64,000 bases of DNA, from contig ML996704.1 of assembly GCA_010356995.1 (NCBI GenBank), positions 620,001 through 684,000 on the forward strand, read 5' to 3'. Below, piece after piece: positions 34,729-48,157 of this stretch (within the stretch, counting starts at the first letter, position 1; the number at the start of each line of letters is the position of its first letter). Made by a program: the position numbers and the translations under genes. This DNA is from Trichodelitschia bisporula (lineage: Eukaryota). Under the pieces are notes generated by a model. That model searched no databases, was not told the origin of the DNA, and was given only the letters and a program-made list of their open reading frames with translations.

Positions 34729-37492
34729 ATGGCCACCGAAGTCCCCGACCCTCACTCCCTCGAGTCCTGGGAGGACGCCTTCCAATACCCTATCCCCGTT
34801 GTGCGCAAATTGGGCCAACAGCTGCGCAGCCATGTTGAGGAGAACCGGCAGAAGCTCCGCAACTCGGTCGGGTGCGTTAGTTGTAATTGATGTGGGGATT
34901 GCAGCTAATGGGAGCAGTGTCAGCTACCGCGACTTGCTGGGGACCGCGGAGCGCATCGTCGAGATGGACGAGCAGATGGAGCAGGTCGAAGCTATACTCG
35001 GGAAGGCGGGGCAGAAGTGCAACTCCGGCGCCGTGCAACGTATCTTCAACAATTATTCACGGTTTCAGACGGAGCTTTATGCTAGAGGTGCGGTGCAAAG
35101 AGTTTATATGGTCACTGGCTGATGGGTAGACTCGGAACAAAATGCGCTCGCGTCGCATCTCGCCATCCTGCAGAGCTGTCCGACGATCATATCGCGCCTT
35201 CTGAAGGGAGGGAACTCGTCGCTACTGGCGGCCAAAATCCTCGTCTTCTCTCGCTTGACGCACAAAACACTGGCTCAGACCCCGGATCCGCCGCCTTTGC
35301 TCGATGCCTCGCGCCAGCGGCTTGCTTCCTTGCGGCGGAAGTTGTTGAGATCCATTGACCGGAGTCTTCAGAGCGTGGACAAGGAGACGGACGACTTGGT
35401 GGAAGACATGTGCGCATTCTCCCTAGCGACAAGCTCAACGCCGACGGATGTACTGCGCCACTTCCACCATGTGAGGCTCGAGGCAATCGGCTGGCATTTC
35501 GAGCAAGAAGACGACGGCAACGCTCATGTGCTCGCCGCTATGCGGCTCCTCATCCAGACGCTGCAGGACTCGCAACAGATCTTCCCCAAACGGCTGGCAG
35601 CCGCTCTAGCGAAGCTCAAAGAACACCCGCTACTTCAGCAAAAGGACGTCCGCTCTGTATCGCAGCTCAGCCTCGACATCCACGGGAGGTGGATCGCAGA
35701 TGAGCTGCGGAATTACACACCGTGGCCGCGCCATGACGAGCTGCAAAAGGCCGAGGCCGACAAGCAGCTGAAGGCCTGGTCCAAACAGGCGCTGGCCCGT
35801 TTCCTCGCAGGCCTGAAGTCTGTACTGGTCAAGAATCGCGAGTTCCGAGACGTCATGCGGCTGCGCAAGGACGTGTTGGAGGCGTGGCCATGGTCAACCC
35901 GTCGCCTTCCCGGCATCGAGCCGTCGGACGTGCTTGAAGAACTGCGCGAGCTGTTCAATGGACGGCTTGGGGCGATTATCCGGGATCGTGCACGCGAGGT
36001 GGAGCAGATCCCAAAGGCGATTTTGCAGGAACTGGACTCGCCCCAGACTCCACAAACTTCATACTTGTGGGACCAAGATGTGATCGCCATGGACTACAGC
36101 AACGGGGCCACCGCCTTCAAGCAAGCAGTCCTCGACAAGTATCAGGGTACCAACCCCTCAATTGCGCATATCGCAGCTCTCTACGATGCCTGGCTCGGCA
36201 ACATCACCTCGACACAAGCTCTACTCAAGGAAATGCGGGACACGCACTGGGATGACGAGCTGGACGACTCAGACTCGGACCTTGAATTCGACTCGCTACA
36301 AATTCAGCTAAGCCAGGACGATCCGCGCCTGCTCGATCAAGCCCTAGCTACCACCCTCGAAGCCGCCTCGACATCCCTTCACTCCAGTCTAAGCAACCTA
36401 ATTACCCCTCTCACAGCCGCGCCGCCAAACCCCAACACCGCAGCTTTCTTACTCCGTGTCCTACGCGCCCTATCCCAGCGCGCCCCTCCAGATCCCAAAG
36501 CCAGCCCCAGCGCCCCCCTCTCCACCCTCGCCACACCATTGCACCACGCCCTCGCCACAGCCGTCACCACCCCCGCCCTCAACGCATTCAGCACCTCCCT
36601 CCACCGCATGCTCACCGCCCGCACCTTCCCCGCCGTCGTCCTCTGGGAAGGTAACCCGCCCCTCCCAACCCAGCCCTCGCGGCCCACAATCCTCTTCCTC
36701 AAAACCCTAACCCAGGCCATGAGCGCCAGCGGCCCGGACCTTTGGGCCGCCGGCGCGCTCACCGCTCTCCGCACTATATGCCTCGAGTGGATAGCAGAAG
36801 AGCTAGATCCTAGGGCCAGTCGAGCCCCGGCGTTGACATCGGCGACGGAAGACGCTCCCAGTAGCCCCGCACTATGTATTGAGAACTCTCGTGCAGGCGC
36901 GGTGGCACCCAACGGGCGTCTGGGTGGGGAGGGGGGGGGATGTCCACCAGGGCGCGGAGAGCTAGAGCGGTTTGCTGGGAGTCCGTCTCGTGGCCCGGGA
37001 GGTGGCGGAGGGCGGGGTGGATTAGGGAGTCTAGGTGGGTTGGGGGGGAGGGGTGAGGGGGGTGCGGAGGGGGAGGAGCGTCTGAGTGGGGAAGGTCCTG
37101 CGGGGGATAGTGCGGGCGAGAAGGGGAGCGAGGAGGGACAGGAGGTGATTCCGGATCAACGTCCGAGTGATGAGAGACGGGGGGTGATTGAGGATCAACG
37201 TCCGAGTGATGAGGGACGGGGGGTGATTGAGGATCAACGTCCGAGTGATGAGGGACGGGAGGCGAATCGGGATGCACAGGCGGTGAATCTGGATGCTCAG
37301 GTGCAGCTTCTATTTGACGCTGCGTTTCTGCGGTATGTGATGCACGGGAGCCCAGGTCCAGCGGCGGAAGCGACGGGACTGCCGCTAGAAGCGGGGCAGT
37401 GGGAGAGGATGGCCCGGATGGCGGGGGAGTACTGGCGGCGGACGGGGCTGTTGTATGGGTTGTTGGGCGGGTTTGAGGAGGGCCGGATTTAG
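34729..37492 (+). CDS. COG1: Conserved oligomeric Golgi complex subunit 1 (Vps51/Vps67 N-terminal domain)
   Basis: N-terminal LRNSVG|.SYRDLLGTAERIVEM, internal LWEGNPPLPTQPS, C-terminal QLLFD...EYWRRTGLLYGLL. Two 5' introns. Confidence 0.82.
37144..37260 (+). repeat. 39-bp coding tandem repeat x3 (VIEDQRPSDEGRG) within COG1
   Basis: GGTGATTGAGGATCAACGTCCGAGTGATGAGGGACGGGG occurs three times with few mismatches. Confidence 0.9.
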
Positions 37493-37592
37493 CTTTGGTG
37501 AGGGTGCGGCGGGGGCGCTTGGAGTCGCGTGGGGTTTTGCGGAGGAGGAGGGTGAGGAGGGAGGTTAGGGTTTTGAAGGTGCCCATTGTGAG

Positions 37593-37647
37593 NNNNNNNN
37601 NNNNNNNNNNNNNNNNNNNNNNNNNNNNNNNNNNNNNNNNNNNNNNN
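37593..37647. other. Assembly gap (55 N)
   Basis: Run of n characters. Confidence 1.
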
Positions 37648-39937
37648 GAGGAGTGGACTGAGCTGTTGTGGTACTGCTGGGGATTTATACGTAGTCAGTT
37701 CGCAGCGTACAATGAGATTCGCGGCCGGTGGTAGGGCTGTAGGGCTGATCGGGGTACGGTCTCTGGCCTTCGGCCTATCGTGACGGACTGTAGAGATATG
37801 GGCCTACGACATCTTGCTTGGGGACTAGAACTAGAACCAGCCAGCTCGGCCGCCGTTGACCGAATTGCACGTGTATGTCAAGCAGATGTACTTAAAGCGA
37901 TTACAGTGAAGCTCTATCGAAGTTTACAATTGCTTCCCCGTCTCCGGGTGTCCCGTGACGTGATATCCGTCGTCATTCTTCTGATATTGAGACTGGATTG
38001 TCGCGATGCCATTGTGGCATGAGGGATGGGACTTCATCGCGCGGACACTATCACAAGCTGAAGTTTTATCTTTGGTACCTGGCAGCGGTAAACCGTGTTA
38101 ATACGTAGTCGAGTCTTCGTCTCAGACCGCATCGAGTGGCAATCCTGCCTGAGGCCGCGATGCTGACGAACTCATAAAGGCATGGTAAATCCAAGATCTG
38201 GGTTTTGGGTTCCAGACCCTACAGAGACTGCCCACTTATTTAGGCTACAGTCTTCCATCCTCATAAGTAAAAGCCGGCCCGACCTCAGGACGTCAAAGTA
38301 CGGTGGACGTGTATACGGCAGCTATCAGACGTCTCGTGGCGTCCCTCCCAGCAGAAAAATCACCGCCGCACGCCGCACCAAATCCCGCCCACCAGCGAGC
38401 AACGACTTCCACCAAAACCGGAGGCTAGGTAAACCATCCACACCGCCAATCGCCCGCCAGCGCGGCCCGCACCAAAGACGACAGGTGACGTGCCACCGTC
38501 GCCCACGCGGCGCCCACGCCGTGATACTACGTACGCAGTGCGACGAACACTAGAACTAGAACTAGCGGAGCCCTTCTTCCTGTTCCCAAACATCTAAGAA
38601 AAGCCCGCGTCGTGCTTCCTCATCGGAAGCTAGCCCAGCCGTGCACTGAAACCCGCCTCGAGATCACGCCGACGCGCGCCATTATTCAGGCAGCCAGACC
38701 GGCTCAGCGATGCGCGCTGTGAAACAATGCACAAGTCACGGTATGAATGACACGGAATTACTGCGGTCAAGGCCTGTGGTCAAGGACGGCGGTCAAGGAA
38801 CTGAAGTCAAGGGCTAGGAAACACTGGGCGGATCTGACGCAAGCAGGCGGCCGGACGGGCGGACGGGCGCTTGGAGATAACGTTAAAGAGTTTCTTTGTC
38901 GGCTTTCCTGTTCACCGGCAAGGATAGGTCGGTGTCGGGATGCCCTTTTCTTTGAGAGGCCGAGTGTGCCGCTGGAATGTCGTGGCCGAGTGCGTGTGAC
39001 GATATTATGGTTCCTTTGAGAGGTGCGCAGTCAGCCAGTCGCGCGGCTGTGCAGAAGGTGCAGCGGCCCCTTGCAGATGAGGAGCGGCAGAGGAAGGCGC
39101 CGCCGTCACCAGTAGTGGGGAAGTTGCCAGTTAGGACGCGGACGGAGCGCCCCAAACAAGCCAAACGGTGGGCCGTTCGACCAGGTACCAACTGCTCGCC
39201 ATTGGTTGGAGGGAGATGGCACGGCGGTGCGGCGTCGGTTCTGTCGTGTCATTCGACAATAGTAGGGCCAAGACCGCTATGGACCGGGGTGCGCTCCCCA
39301 GCGTCTGGCTAGCACGGATTGGCTGGTGCGCCCGTTGCCGAGATTGATTGCGTGCATGCGCGTGCTGATTGGTTGGTGAGGGCGTCTTTGAGGATCCAAC
39401 TCCTTTCTGTTGGTTGTCTCTTTGCCCGGGCCTTCTCCTCCTCATTCTCTTCATTCTTCCTCTCTTCCGCCTCTCCCTAACAACACCTCCTCTATCTCTC
39501 CTATCTACTAACCTTCAACTACATCTTCCTCTGTACATAGGAAACTACCGCCGATGTAAAAAGCGTGCGCCTTCAGTCATTCCTTCGGTTCGCACCTTCC
39601 GCTCTCTCTAGCAGTCTCGTACTGCCTTCCGCTCTTTAGCACCTCGCCAGTCACTCCCTCTCGCACGCTTTCTCCCTTCTCCGGATCAACACTCGTTACC
39701 ACGAACCCATCAACCAATTCTCGCACTCTTTAGCTGCCACGGTGCTGCTGCATACTTTCAACACTGCTACGTGCATTTACACCATCTGTTAGTCGAACAG
39801 TACCCACGCAGCGCCAGGACGCGTCGCCCTCGATTCTAGCAGCACAGCAACACCAGAAACACTACACTGAGCAAGTCTCAGTTCTCTTCAGCAGCACTTT
39901 TTACCGAAATCACTTTGCACCAGTAACATCCGGAACA

Positions 39938-40429
39938 ATGCCAGCCATTCAGCTCCACCGCCGCGACGACGCCTCGTCCTCCCTCACACCCACGGTGTTC
40001 AACCTCCTCATCGCCCTCGTGGTGCTCTTCGCCGTTGCCGCCTGCAGCGTAGCCGGCCTGTTCACCCTCCGCTTAATGCGTAAAAAGCGCGCCATGGCCG
40101 CCGAGCAACTCCCGGTCTACTCGGAAAAGCCCTCGAACCCCCGCGGCCTCAGCATCCAAACGCCCTCGTACGCAAACGCTGAGAAACAGGCCCTCATGGA
40201 CGAAGGCAGCCCGCCCACCTCCCCCGTCCCAGAGATCCGCATCACCTTCCCCGAGGAAATCGACGCGAGCGGCAAGCGCCAATCGGGCCGCGTGGTCGTC
40301 GTGCGCGTCGGCGAACACTCCGTCGGCCTTGAGCCCGTGAACGACGGTCTCCCGCCGTATGCGAAGGAGGATGGTCGGTTTCAGAGCTTGGATTTGGATC
40401 GCATGGGCGGGTTGAAGGAAAGGCAGTAG
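39938..40429 (+). CDS. Small single-pass membrane protein, conserved fungal hypothetical
   Basis: 163-aa intronless ORF with an ACAATG context, one TM segment, and the motifs SPVPEIRITFPEE, RVVVVRVGE and LPPY. Confidence 0.8.
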   Translation: MPAIQLHRRDDASSSLTPTVFNLLIALVVLFAVAACSVAGLFTLRLMRKKRAMAAEQLPVYSEKPSNPRGLSIQTPSYANAEKQALMDEGSPPTSPVPEIRITFPEEIDASGKRQSGRVVVVRVGEHSVGLEPVNDGLPPYAKEDGRFQSLDLDRMGGLKERQ

Positions 40430-42616
40430 GCTGGCTGTTCTGGGGATCACCGCGTGCTTGGCCGACACTTTTCCGACCTGGACGCTATGCGTTCGTCTCT
40501 TACACTCGCTTTTGTCGGCACCGCGGCTTCATGTGAGGACTGAGAGCCTGATGGGCGCTAGTCCGCTACGAACTTTTGTGTTACACCTTTTGCTATTTTT
40601 CGCGCAAGGCCGGGCCCGTGCTGCGTGCAGGCCTTTTGGCGAACGGGAGGGGGAGGGGTGCGATACTACCTTTGCAAATGGGGAGAGGAGGGAGATGGTG
40701 GGGCGCGATACCCGGGGTTACTACTTCTGGCGCCTGCTGTTTCTTGTTTCTGAATTGAATTGCTGGGGGAAGGGGGAAGGGGGAAGATGCGAAGGGCTTC
40801 TATTAAAAGACATGGGATCGGAGGTCTTGTTATCCCCTGTGGGCTCTTAGCTGGGGGGTTTTCGTTTAGCCGATGGGAGTGGGATTGGTATCCATGGCTA
40901 CTACTGTAGAGATAAAACCGTGCGGTTGGGTGGGCAGACTGGGTACCGTAGTTGGTAATGTATGATAGAGGCTTCTGAGGCTGTGGTGGTGAATTGCACG
41001 CTCTTCTGTGCGCTGGTTTCTGACTTGGATGCTGGACTTGAGGTGAGATGTCTTGACGTGTGGCTGTGGCAGATGCAGACGGGTAAGTGACTGCTGCATA
41101 TTGTGGGGATATTAAGGTTGGTGTGTGGCGCGGCGTTGCCATGTTTCATGCCCTGCGTGATGGGGGGGGATGCGAGGACGGGAGGCGGGCTTGGCGAAGT
41201 GGCTGGCTGGAGTTTTTACAGTTCGATGACGACCACGGGCTTTGACAAGAGGGCGGAGAGGATCCTGGTCAAAGAGAGATGAAGAGAGACAACAAGAATG
41301 AACACACGAGGCAGAGGCAGAGCCGGAAGCAGAAGTGAGGGCGAAATCGGAGCCGCTGAGCTTCGGAGCTTGGATATGCAGCTGTGCGGAGGGGAGTGGC
41401 CCGGGCGCCGACGAGGTATACACGGTTGGCTCCGGGATGGATTGGGAAGGTGTGGACCGAGGGGGATCGACGGATGGGGAGGACGGAGAATTTAGTCAGG
41501 CTGCGGACGGGATATGGAGACTAGTCAGTTGGCAGTTCGAGGCTTTTGGTCTGGGGATGGGTTGCTTTCTGGTGATGGGACTCAGGGCTGGGAGTAGGAC
41601 TTGGAGGTTCGGAGAATTTAGTCAGGTGCTGTGACTGGGGTGGGATAGCCGGGTGGGCTGGAGGGTGTTTCCTTCGGATGGGGAGGGGTAGAGGGGGAAG
41701 TGCTTGGTGGAGTGTCGGTGTTGTTGAGAGGAGGTAGTTCTAGAATGTGGATGGAGATTGAGAGGGGAGATGGCTGCCGGTTGATATAAGATTGGCGTTG
41801 GAAGGTCTACAGCATTGCGCGGCCTCGACGAGCGTACACTCTGCTTCCATTTCTCGAAGCTCTTCGAAGGTCGAGTACTCGGCCAACGGCTATAGCACCC
41901 CCCGGCCCGAACACCGGCCGGCATCGACCCCGCTGCAGCTTCCAACCTTCGTCCGCAGCTTGTAGACCTGGTTCAGCTAGTCAGTGGCCGGACATTGGGC
42001 TGGGATGGATGGGTGGTCCAGGTCGTTCTGGGGTGCAGACGGTCCGCGGTGCTCGAGTTGGGAGGTGTGAGCAGATTGCGAGATGGAGAGATAGATTGAC
42101 GACGTGGAGAGGGAGCATAGTTGGGTTGAGATTGAGATTGATCGGTTACCACCGGCGATTGATTGATATCGCTTGGCGATGGCGGGGACGAGGGCGATAT
42201 ATACACCATCTCCAACGCACCAGCGGTACGTACGTCCAAAGTCCAATGTCCAACTCTTCGTCCATCAGACTCGGCTAACACTGCCAGCCCGCACGCCCCC
42301 CGGCTTCAACATGCATGTCGCTCGTCAACCTTACCCCTCCACCCTCCTCCCTCATCGACCAAGCTACACCGTCGTTCAAGCCCTACTTCGCTCCGGTACC
42401 GCTCCCGTCAGCCACCGCTCCTGTCAGCTCAAGCGTCTTCAATGCAGAGCGGCTCGGTCCGCGGCGCCATTGGCGTGGCTCGTTTCGCCGTTGGCGCTGC
42501 CATGTCCGTATCCGGCGTGTCGTGGCCATGGAGTCGAGCGCCCGTTCCGCCCCCGAATGCGCCCGCGTTTTGATCGGCCCCAGGGTTCAAGAGGAGATTT
42601 TGGCGTTCGTGTGTTT

Positions 42617-42834
42617 TTAGGGTTCCCGGCTGTGCTGCGGCTGGACGAGTGCACCTGGATCGGGGGCGGAATGCGGAGGCTACAGAGGATATGCTGGAGG
42701 CGATCAGGCCAGCAACTGCGGGAAGAAGTTTTCTCTCTTAGGGTTCTCGGCTGAACGTTGGGTCTGCGGCTGCACTAACACATACGGGAAGGGGCGGAAT
42801 GTGGAGGCTACAGAGGGTATGCTGGAGGTGATCA
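42617..42834. repeat. Local direct duplication (~125-bp period) upstream of the tyrosinase gene
   Basis: TTAGGGTTCYCGGCTG at 42617 and 42738. A 44-bp core GGGGCGGAATGYGGAGGCTACAGAGGRTATGCTGGAGGYGATCA at 42663 and 42791. Confidence 0.85.
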
Positions 42835-43069
42835 CGCCGGTGGATGCGGGGTGGAACCGGTTCTGGCTTCGCGATGCAGTACGGATCGGCAGGAAAAGAC
42901 GGCGAGGCTGCGCGATGTATTGAGGCCCGCAGCGGAGGGAGCCGTACCGTTCCTCGTGAGCGCGGGACGGACGGGATCATGGTCACAGCATGGACATAAT
43001 CATGGATACGGAGTGGACGGGATATAAGACGGCGAACGGCACGGCATCGTCTTCACATCGCCAGCAACA

Positions 43070-44342
43070 ATGCATATCCTCCCCCTCCTCACCCTAACCT
43101 CCCTCGCCGCCAGCGCCGCCCTCCCGCAGACGGATGGCGGCGCGGGATATCCGCCTGCGTGCGCCAACCCGCGCGTGCGCAAGTCCTGGTGTGTGATGAG
43201 CCCCGTTCATCCGTTCCGACTGACTGACCGGCTAGGCACAACCTGACCAACCCCGAGCGGACAGAGTACCTCCGCGCAGTGAAGTGTCTCTTCGCGCTGC
43301 CAGCACAGGGCACGGCATACTTCCCCGCGGCGAAGAACCGGCATGATGATTTTGCGACGCTGCATATCAATCAGACGAGTGCGCCGGATCCGACGCGGAA
43401 TCCAGCTAGTGCGTCCGAACTCCCCCTGTCCCGACCTCGGCTAACGGGTGTAGATCGCGGTGTGGTCGGCCCGGGGATTCACTTCAACGGCGTATTTCTC
43501 CCCTGGCACCGCTATGCGGTGTGGAACTACGAGACAGCGTTGATAAACGAGTGTGGTTATACGGGCGCGCAGCCGTACTGGGACTGGACGATGGATACGC
43601 CGGAGCATGGAGCGCGGTTTAATGAATCGCCCGTCTTCGACCCCGTGTTCGGATTCGGCGGGAACGGGAATAATCCCTCTGTTCTCCCCACCGTCCCGCC
43701 GGTTAACGGCTCGGCGCCGAATGCGAGCGCCCCGTTGGTGGGCGGGTGTGTGACGGACGGCCCGTTTGCGGATCAGACATTTAGCCTAGGCCCTGGGTAT
43801 CAGTTTGGAGGGCAGGAGGGGGAGCATTGTTTGGTAAGGAATATACAGTCTGCGTTGGCGGAGAATACGTTGCAGTGGGGGGCGGATGTGCTCCCGCTGG
43901 TTAGGTTGACGGAGTATTGGAATGTGAGTCTCGGGATGAGTGTTGCGCCGACGGGGAAGGTGAGGGGGATTCATGGGGGGGGGCATTCGGGGGTTAATGG
44001 GGAGGTGAGTTTGCTGAATCCTGTTGTGTATGGGGGGGTGCTAATGGGCGGCAGATGCAAAATGTGTGGAGTTCGATCAACGATCCGCTGTTCTTTATGC
44101 ACCACGCTATGATCGACTACGTCTGGTGGTATTGGCAGCATCTGGCGCCGCAGAATTTGTGGGCGATTGGGGGGCCCGTGTGGCCGAATGGGACGGGGTT
44201 GACGACGCTTGATAGCCCGGTTTATATGACACCGTTTGTGGCGCCGGATGTGCCGATTCGGAGTGTGATGGACGTCTTGAATGAGGATGGGAGTGGGGTG
44301 CTTTGTTATACTTATGAGGATGCGGGGCATCCGGCCCCGTGA
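43070..44342 (+). CDS. Secreted short tyrosinase / catechol-oxidase-type di-copper protein
   Basis: Signal peptide, C.NPRVRKSW, DDFATLH, CuA IHFNGVFLPWHR, QPYWDW, and CuB HGGGH...DPLFFMHHAMID. Introns ~43189-43235, 43409-43453 and ~44005-44054. Confidence 0.9.
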
Positions 44343-44760
44343 GGATGGGAGGCAAAAGTTGAAGTAATAATTGAACTGCTTTCTCTCTTTCAACTTCAAT
44401 CATCGCCAGAAATGTCCATCATGACCATAAATCTCGAACTTGCTAATCCGAGACCTACCACCCTATGCCATTTCCAACTCGCAACCCTTAATCCTCTCTC
44501 CCAGCTTCAATCGTTGCAAAAATGCTCATCACGACCATTTATATCGCCCTTCCCAATTGGGCAGCCACATATCATATTCCACGCCATTCCCAAAGCAGCC
44601 CAGACCTGCCAAGCCAACCAGGGGGACCCAGAGCATCTCAACTCCGCTCACCTCCGAGCTTCGCACCAAACATTTCGCTCACACCAACACTCACGCATTC
44701 ACGCGTTCGTTCGTTTCCTTATCACCCTCCTTATCATGCCCGTGCCGTAGTATAGCAGCC

Positions 44761-47700
44761 ATGAAGCCGACCAAGCCCACCGCGGGCCCCTCCCCTCCTT
44801 CCCTCACCGCGAACCCCGTCCCCGACTCCGAGTACCAGCGCATAGCTGCCGAATACGCCGCTGCGAAAGCTGCGTACGACCGTGGAGCCGATGTGCGCCA
44901 GCGAGCGAAGGATATTGTATATAAGAGGCACGTGGGGAGGTTCAATCGCGCGCAGAGCTGGTTGTTGGGCGTGTTTGGGCTGGTGATGTGAGTCTGCTCC
45001 GTGCTGCGCGGTGCCCCTGGGACACAGAGCTAATGGACAGATTGCTGCATGCCGCCGGGCTATACCTTTTCACAAGCGGGTTTCTATTGACGCGGTTGGT
45101 GCTTGAAGAAAAGTCGAATTGTACAACTCCGCCGGGGGTAGTGCGGTTCGAGAGCGGGGAAGGGACACCTGGGACCGTGGAGGGGGGCTGCTGGTATCCG
45201 CGCAAATTCAACCGGGCGGTGGTGCTCGTTGTGGATGCGCTGCGGTACGATTTCACCGTGCCTTTCCGGGAAATGAACGGCGAAAAGACACCGAGCCAAT
45301 TCCACGATGCGCTCACCTTCCTCTACGAGGCTGCGGCGGAGAAGCCGCAGAACGCCCTCCTGCTCCCGTTCATTGCTGATCCGCCGACGACAACGCTCCA
45401 GCGCCTCAAGGCGTTGATGACGGGCACGCTGCCAACGTTTGTGGACGCTGGGTCCAACTTCGCGGGCACGGCGATCGAGGAGGATAATCTGATTGCGCAG
45501 TTGCGTGACGCGGGGAAGCGTGTTGTTCAGCTGGGGGATGATACATGGCACGCGCTCTTCCCGGGCGCTTTTGATCCGGTCCTCAGTCGGCCGTACGACT
45601 CGTTCAATGTTTGGGATCTACACACTGTCGACACCGGCGTCGCGACGCATCTCCTCCCGCTCTTGCATCCGGACAACGGCACGCAGTGGGACGTGCTAAT
45701 CGGGCACTTCCTGGGCGTCGACCACGCGGGCCACCGCTTCGGGCCAAACCACCCGGCCATGAAATCTAAACTGAAGCAAATGGACACCCTGTTCCGCGAC
45801 GTTGTCCGCAGCATTGATGACGACACCCTACTCATTGTCCTTGGTGATCACGGCATGGACGCCAAGGGCGACCACGGCGGCGAATCAGACGACGAGGTAC
45901 AGGCTGCGCTGTGGATGTATGCATCCCAGCCGCTCTTCGGTCGCCGTCCGGGGCAGGCGCTGCTTCCCCCGCCGGATGCGAAGCAAGGCGGCGTCGCGCA
46001 GATCGATCTTGTGCCTACGCTGGCTCTCCTGCTTGGTCTGCCTGTTCCGTTTAATAACCTCGGGAAGCCGATCGCTGAGGCGTTTGTCGGGCCCGATGGA
46101 CTAGGGACGGAGGCTCTCGCGCGCGCGGCGCGCATTACGGCGGCGCAGGTACGGCGCTACGTCGGCGCGTACGAGAAGATGCAGAAACTGGAAGGTCAAA
46201 TGGCGGGCGAGTTGGACCGGCTCTGGGAAGGTGCGGCTGGAGCGTGGAACGCCAGCTTTGGCCCACAGGGGAAGGGGGGTGTGCGGCTTGGGGAAGCGAA
46301 TTGGAAGGCGCTGTTTGATGCATTCGATGCGTATCAGACGGAGACGGTGGACGTGTGCCGCGCACTTTGGGCACGATTCGATGTCGGACGGATGGTGAGC
46401 GGGATTTCGGTGCTCGTTGCGTCGATTGGCCTGCTTGCGGTTTATGCGCGGGGAGTTACGGATCATCGGATTGGGCTGTCGCCGTTGATTGTCAAGAGGG
46501 GGGCGGCGGGGCTGGGTGCCGGTGTGGCGGCGGGCGCGGCTCTCGCGGCTATACTGCCCATCTCGCTCACGCACATCGCGCCGCTCCTCGGGTCCGCGGG
46601 CATAATCGCTGGCTTCACATCCGCCCTATACACTGCGCGCAGCATCCTCGCGCTGCCCCTCCCGCGCTCACTTACCGGCCTGGCCTCGCTCCTCCTCCCC
46701 CTCCTCCTCGCTCTCAGCCTAGCGTCGAACTCCTACACCGTGTGGGAAGACCGCACCACGCTCTTCCTCTCCTCCACCACAGGCGCGCTGCTCCTCATCT
46801 CCGGTCTCCGGTCCGCAACACCCCTGTCCCGCGCCCGTGGCGTCGCGAATGCGATCCTATTCACCGCCCTGGGCCGGCTGTCCAGCCTCTCCCGCCTCTG
46901 CAGAGAGGAACAACTCCCCCTCTGCCGCTCAACATATTACTCAGCTGGGTCCTCCGCCCCCGCAGCCTGGCACCTCGCCCTCCCCCTCCTCACCGCCATC
47001 CTCCTCCCCAGCGCCCTCTCCGCAGCCCTCAGGCGCACAGATTCCCTCCACCACGCTGCGCGCTGGTATTTCGCCATCGCCCTCCGCACCGCCCTCCTCC
47101 TCTCCGCCTTCGCAACCTACCTCGAAGCCCTCGACGGCGCGCTAGCAAGCGACTCCCCCCTCGCATCCCGCTTCGCCCCCCACGCCGATGCGATCAAAGC
47201 CTTGCGCGTTACGGCCGCGCAGCTAGCGCTCGGTATTGCGCTGTGCGTCGGCGGTGCGGTGTCTGCGTTTAGCGCACCGTTTATGGATAGGGGCAGCGAG
47301 CGCGTGGATCTGCCGGATGCGAAGGGGAAGATGGCGGGGTATATGAAAGCGATCGTGAGAGGGGAGGGGAATAGTCTCGGGGCACGGTATTTGCCGCTTG
47401 TGAGTGCTGTTGGGGTCGCGGTGGGGGTGACGCAGAAGCCGCTTGGGGTGGCGGCGGTGGGGGTGTTGATGGTGCAGATTTTGGCGTTGGGGGAGGGGCT
47501 TGATGCGGGTGGGCTGAGGAATAGTGCGGTTGGGCCGGTGGGGTTGGGTCTTCTGGGGGGAGTGTACTTTTTTGCGACGGGGCATCAGAATGCGCTTGCG
47601 GCCGTGCAGTGGGATGCGGCGTTTGTGGCGCTACGGGGGGTGAGGCAGCCGTGGAGTGGGTTGTTGCTTGTTGGGAATACGTGGGGGGGGGGTGTGGTTG

Positions 47701-48077
47701 CGGCACTCGCTGTGCCCCTCGTCGCGTTATGGGGTGCGGGGGGGAAGAGTGTGGATGCGGACGAAGGTGCGGGTAAGGGGGGGGTCGGGAAGCGCCTCGC
47801 GAAGTTCCCGCAGTTGGCGGGCGTGGCTCAAGCGGTGGCTACGTTTATGCTAAGCCAGTCGGTTGTGGTTACGGGCGCGGCGGCGTGGGCGGGCTGGCTG
47901 AGGAGACATCTTATGGTGTATCGGGTTTTTGGACCGAGGTTTATGTTTGGGGCTGCTGGGATGCTGGTTATGGATATTGTGGCCTTGCTGGCGCTACTGG
48001 TGGTTAGGTGGGCGTTTTTGAGTGTGGGGGAGGTTTATAGGAGTGTGGCGACGCAGGTGAGGGGGTGTAGGGAGTAA
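44761..48077 (+). CDS. GPI13: GPI ethanolamine phosphate transferase 3 (PIG-O)
   Basis: LFTSGFLLTR, DALRYDF, ADPPTTTLQRLK, GHFLGVDHAGHRFGP, GDHGM, FFATGHQ and LRRHLMVYRVFGPRF. One intron at ~44988-45040. Confidence 0.95.
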
Positions 48078-48157
48078 GCACATATCATGATGGAAAGTCA
48101 TTATCAGACTAAGTAAAAACGCTAGAACTAACACCGGCCGTCGCTAAAACATAATGC

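Noticed and set aside
36810..37586. 258-aa antisense ORF over the COG1 3' end with a good ATG context
   Set aside because: It is a Pro-rich shadow of G-rich sense sequence, and the sense frame carries the conserved COG1 C-terminus.
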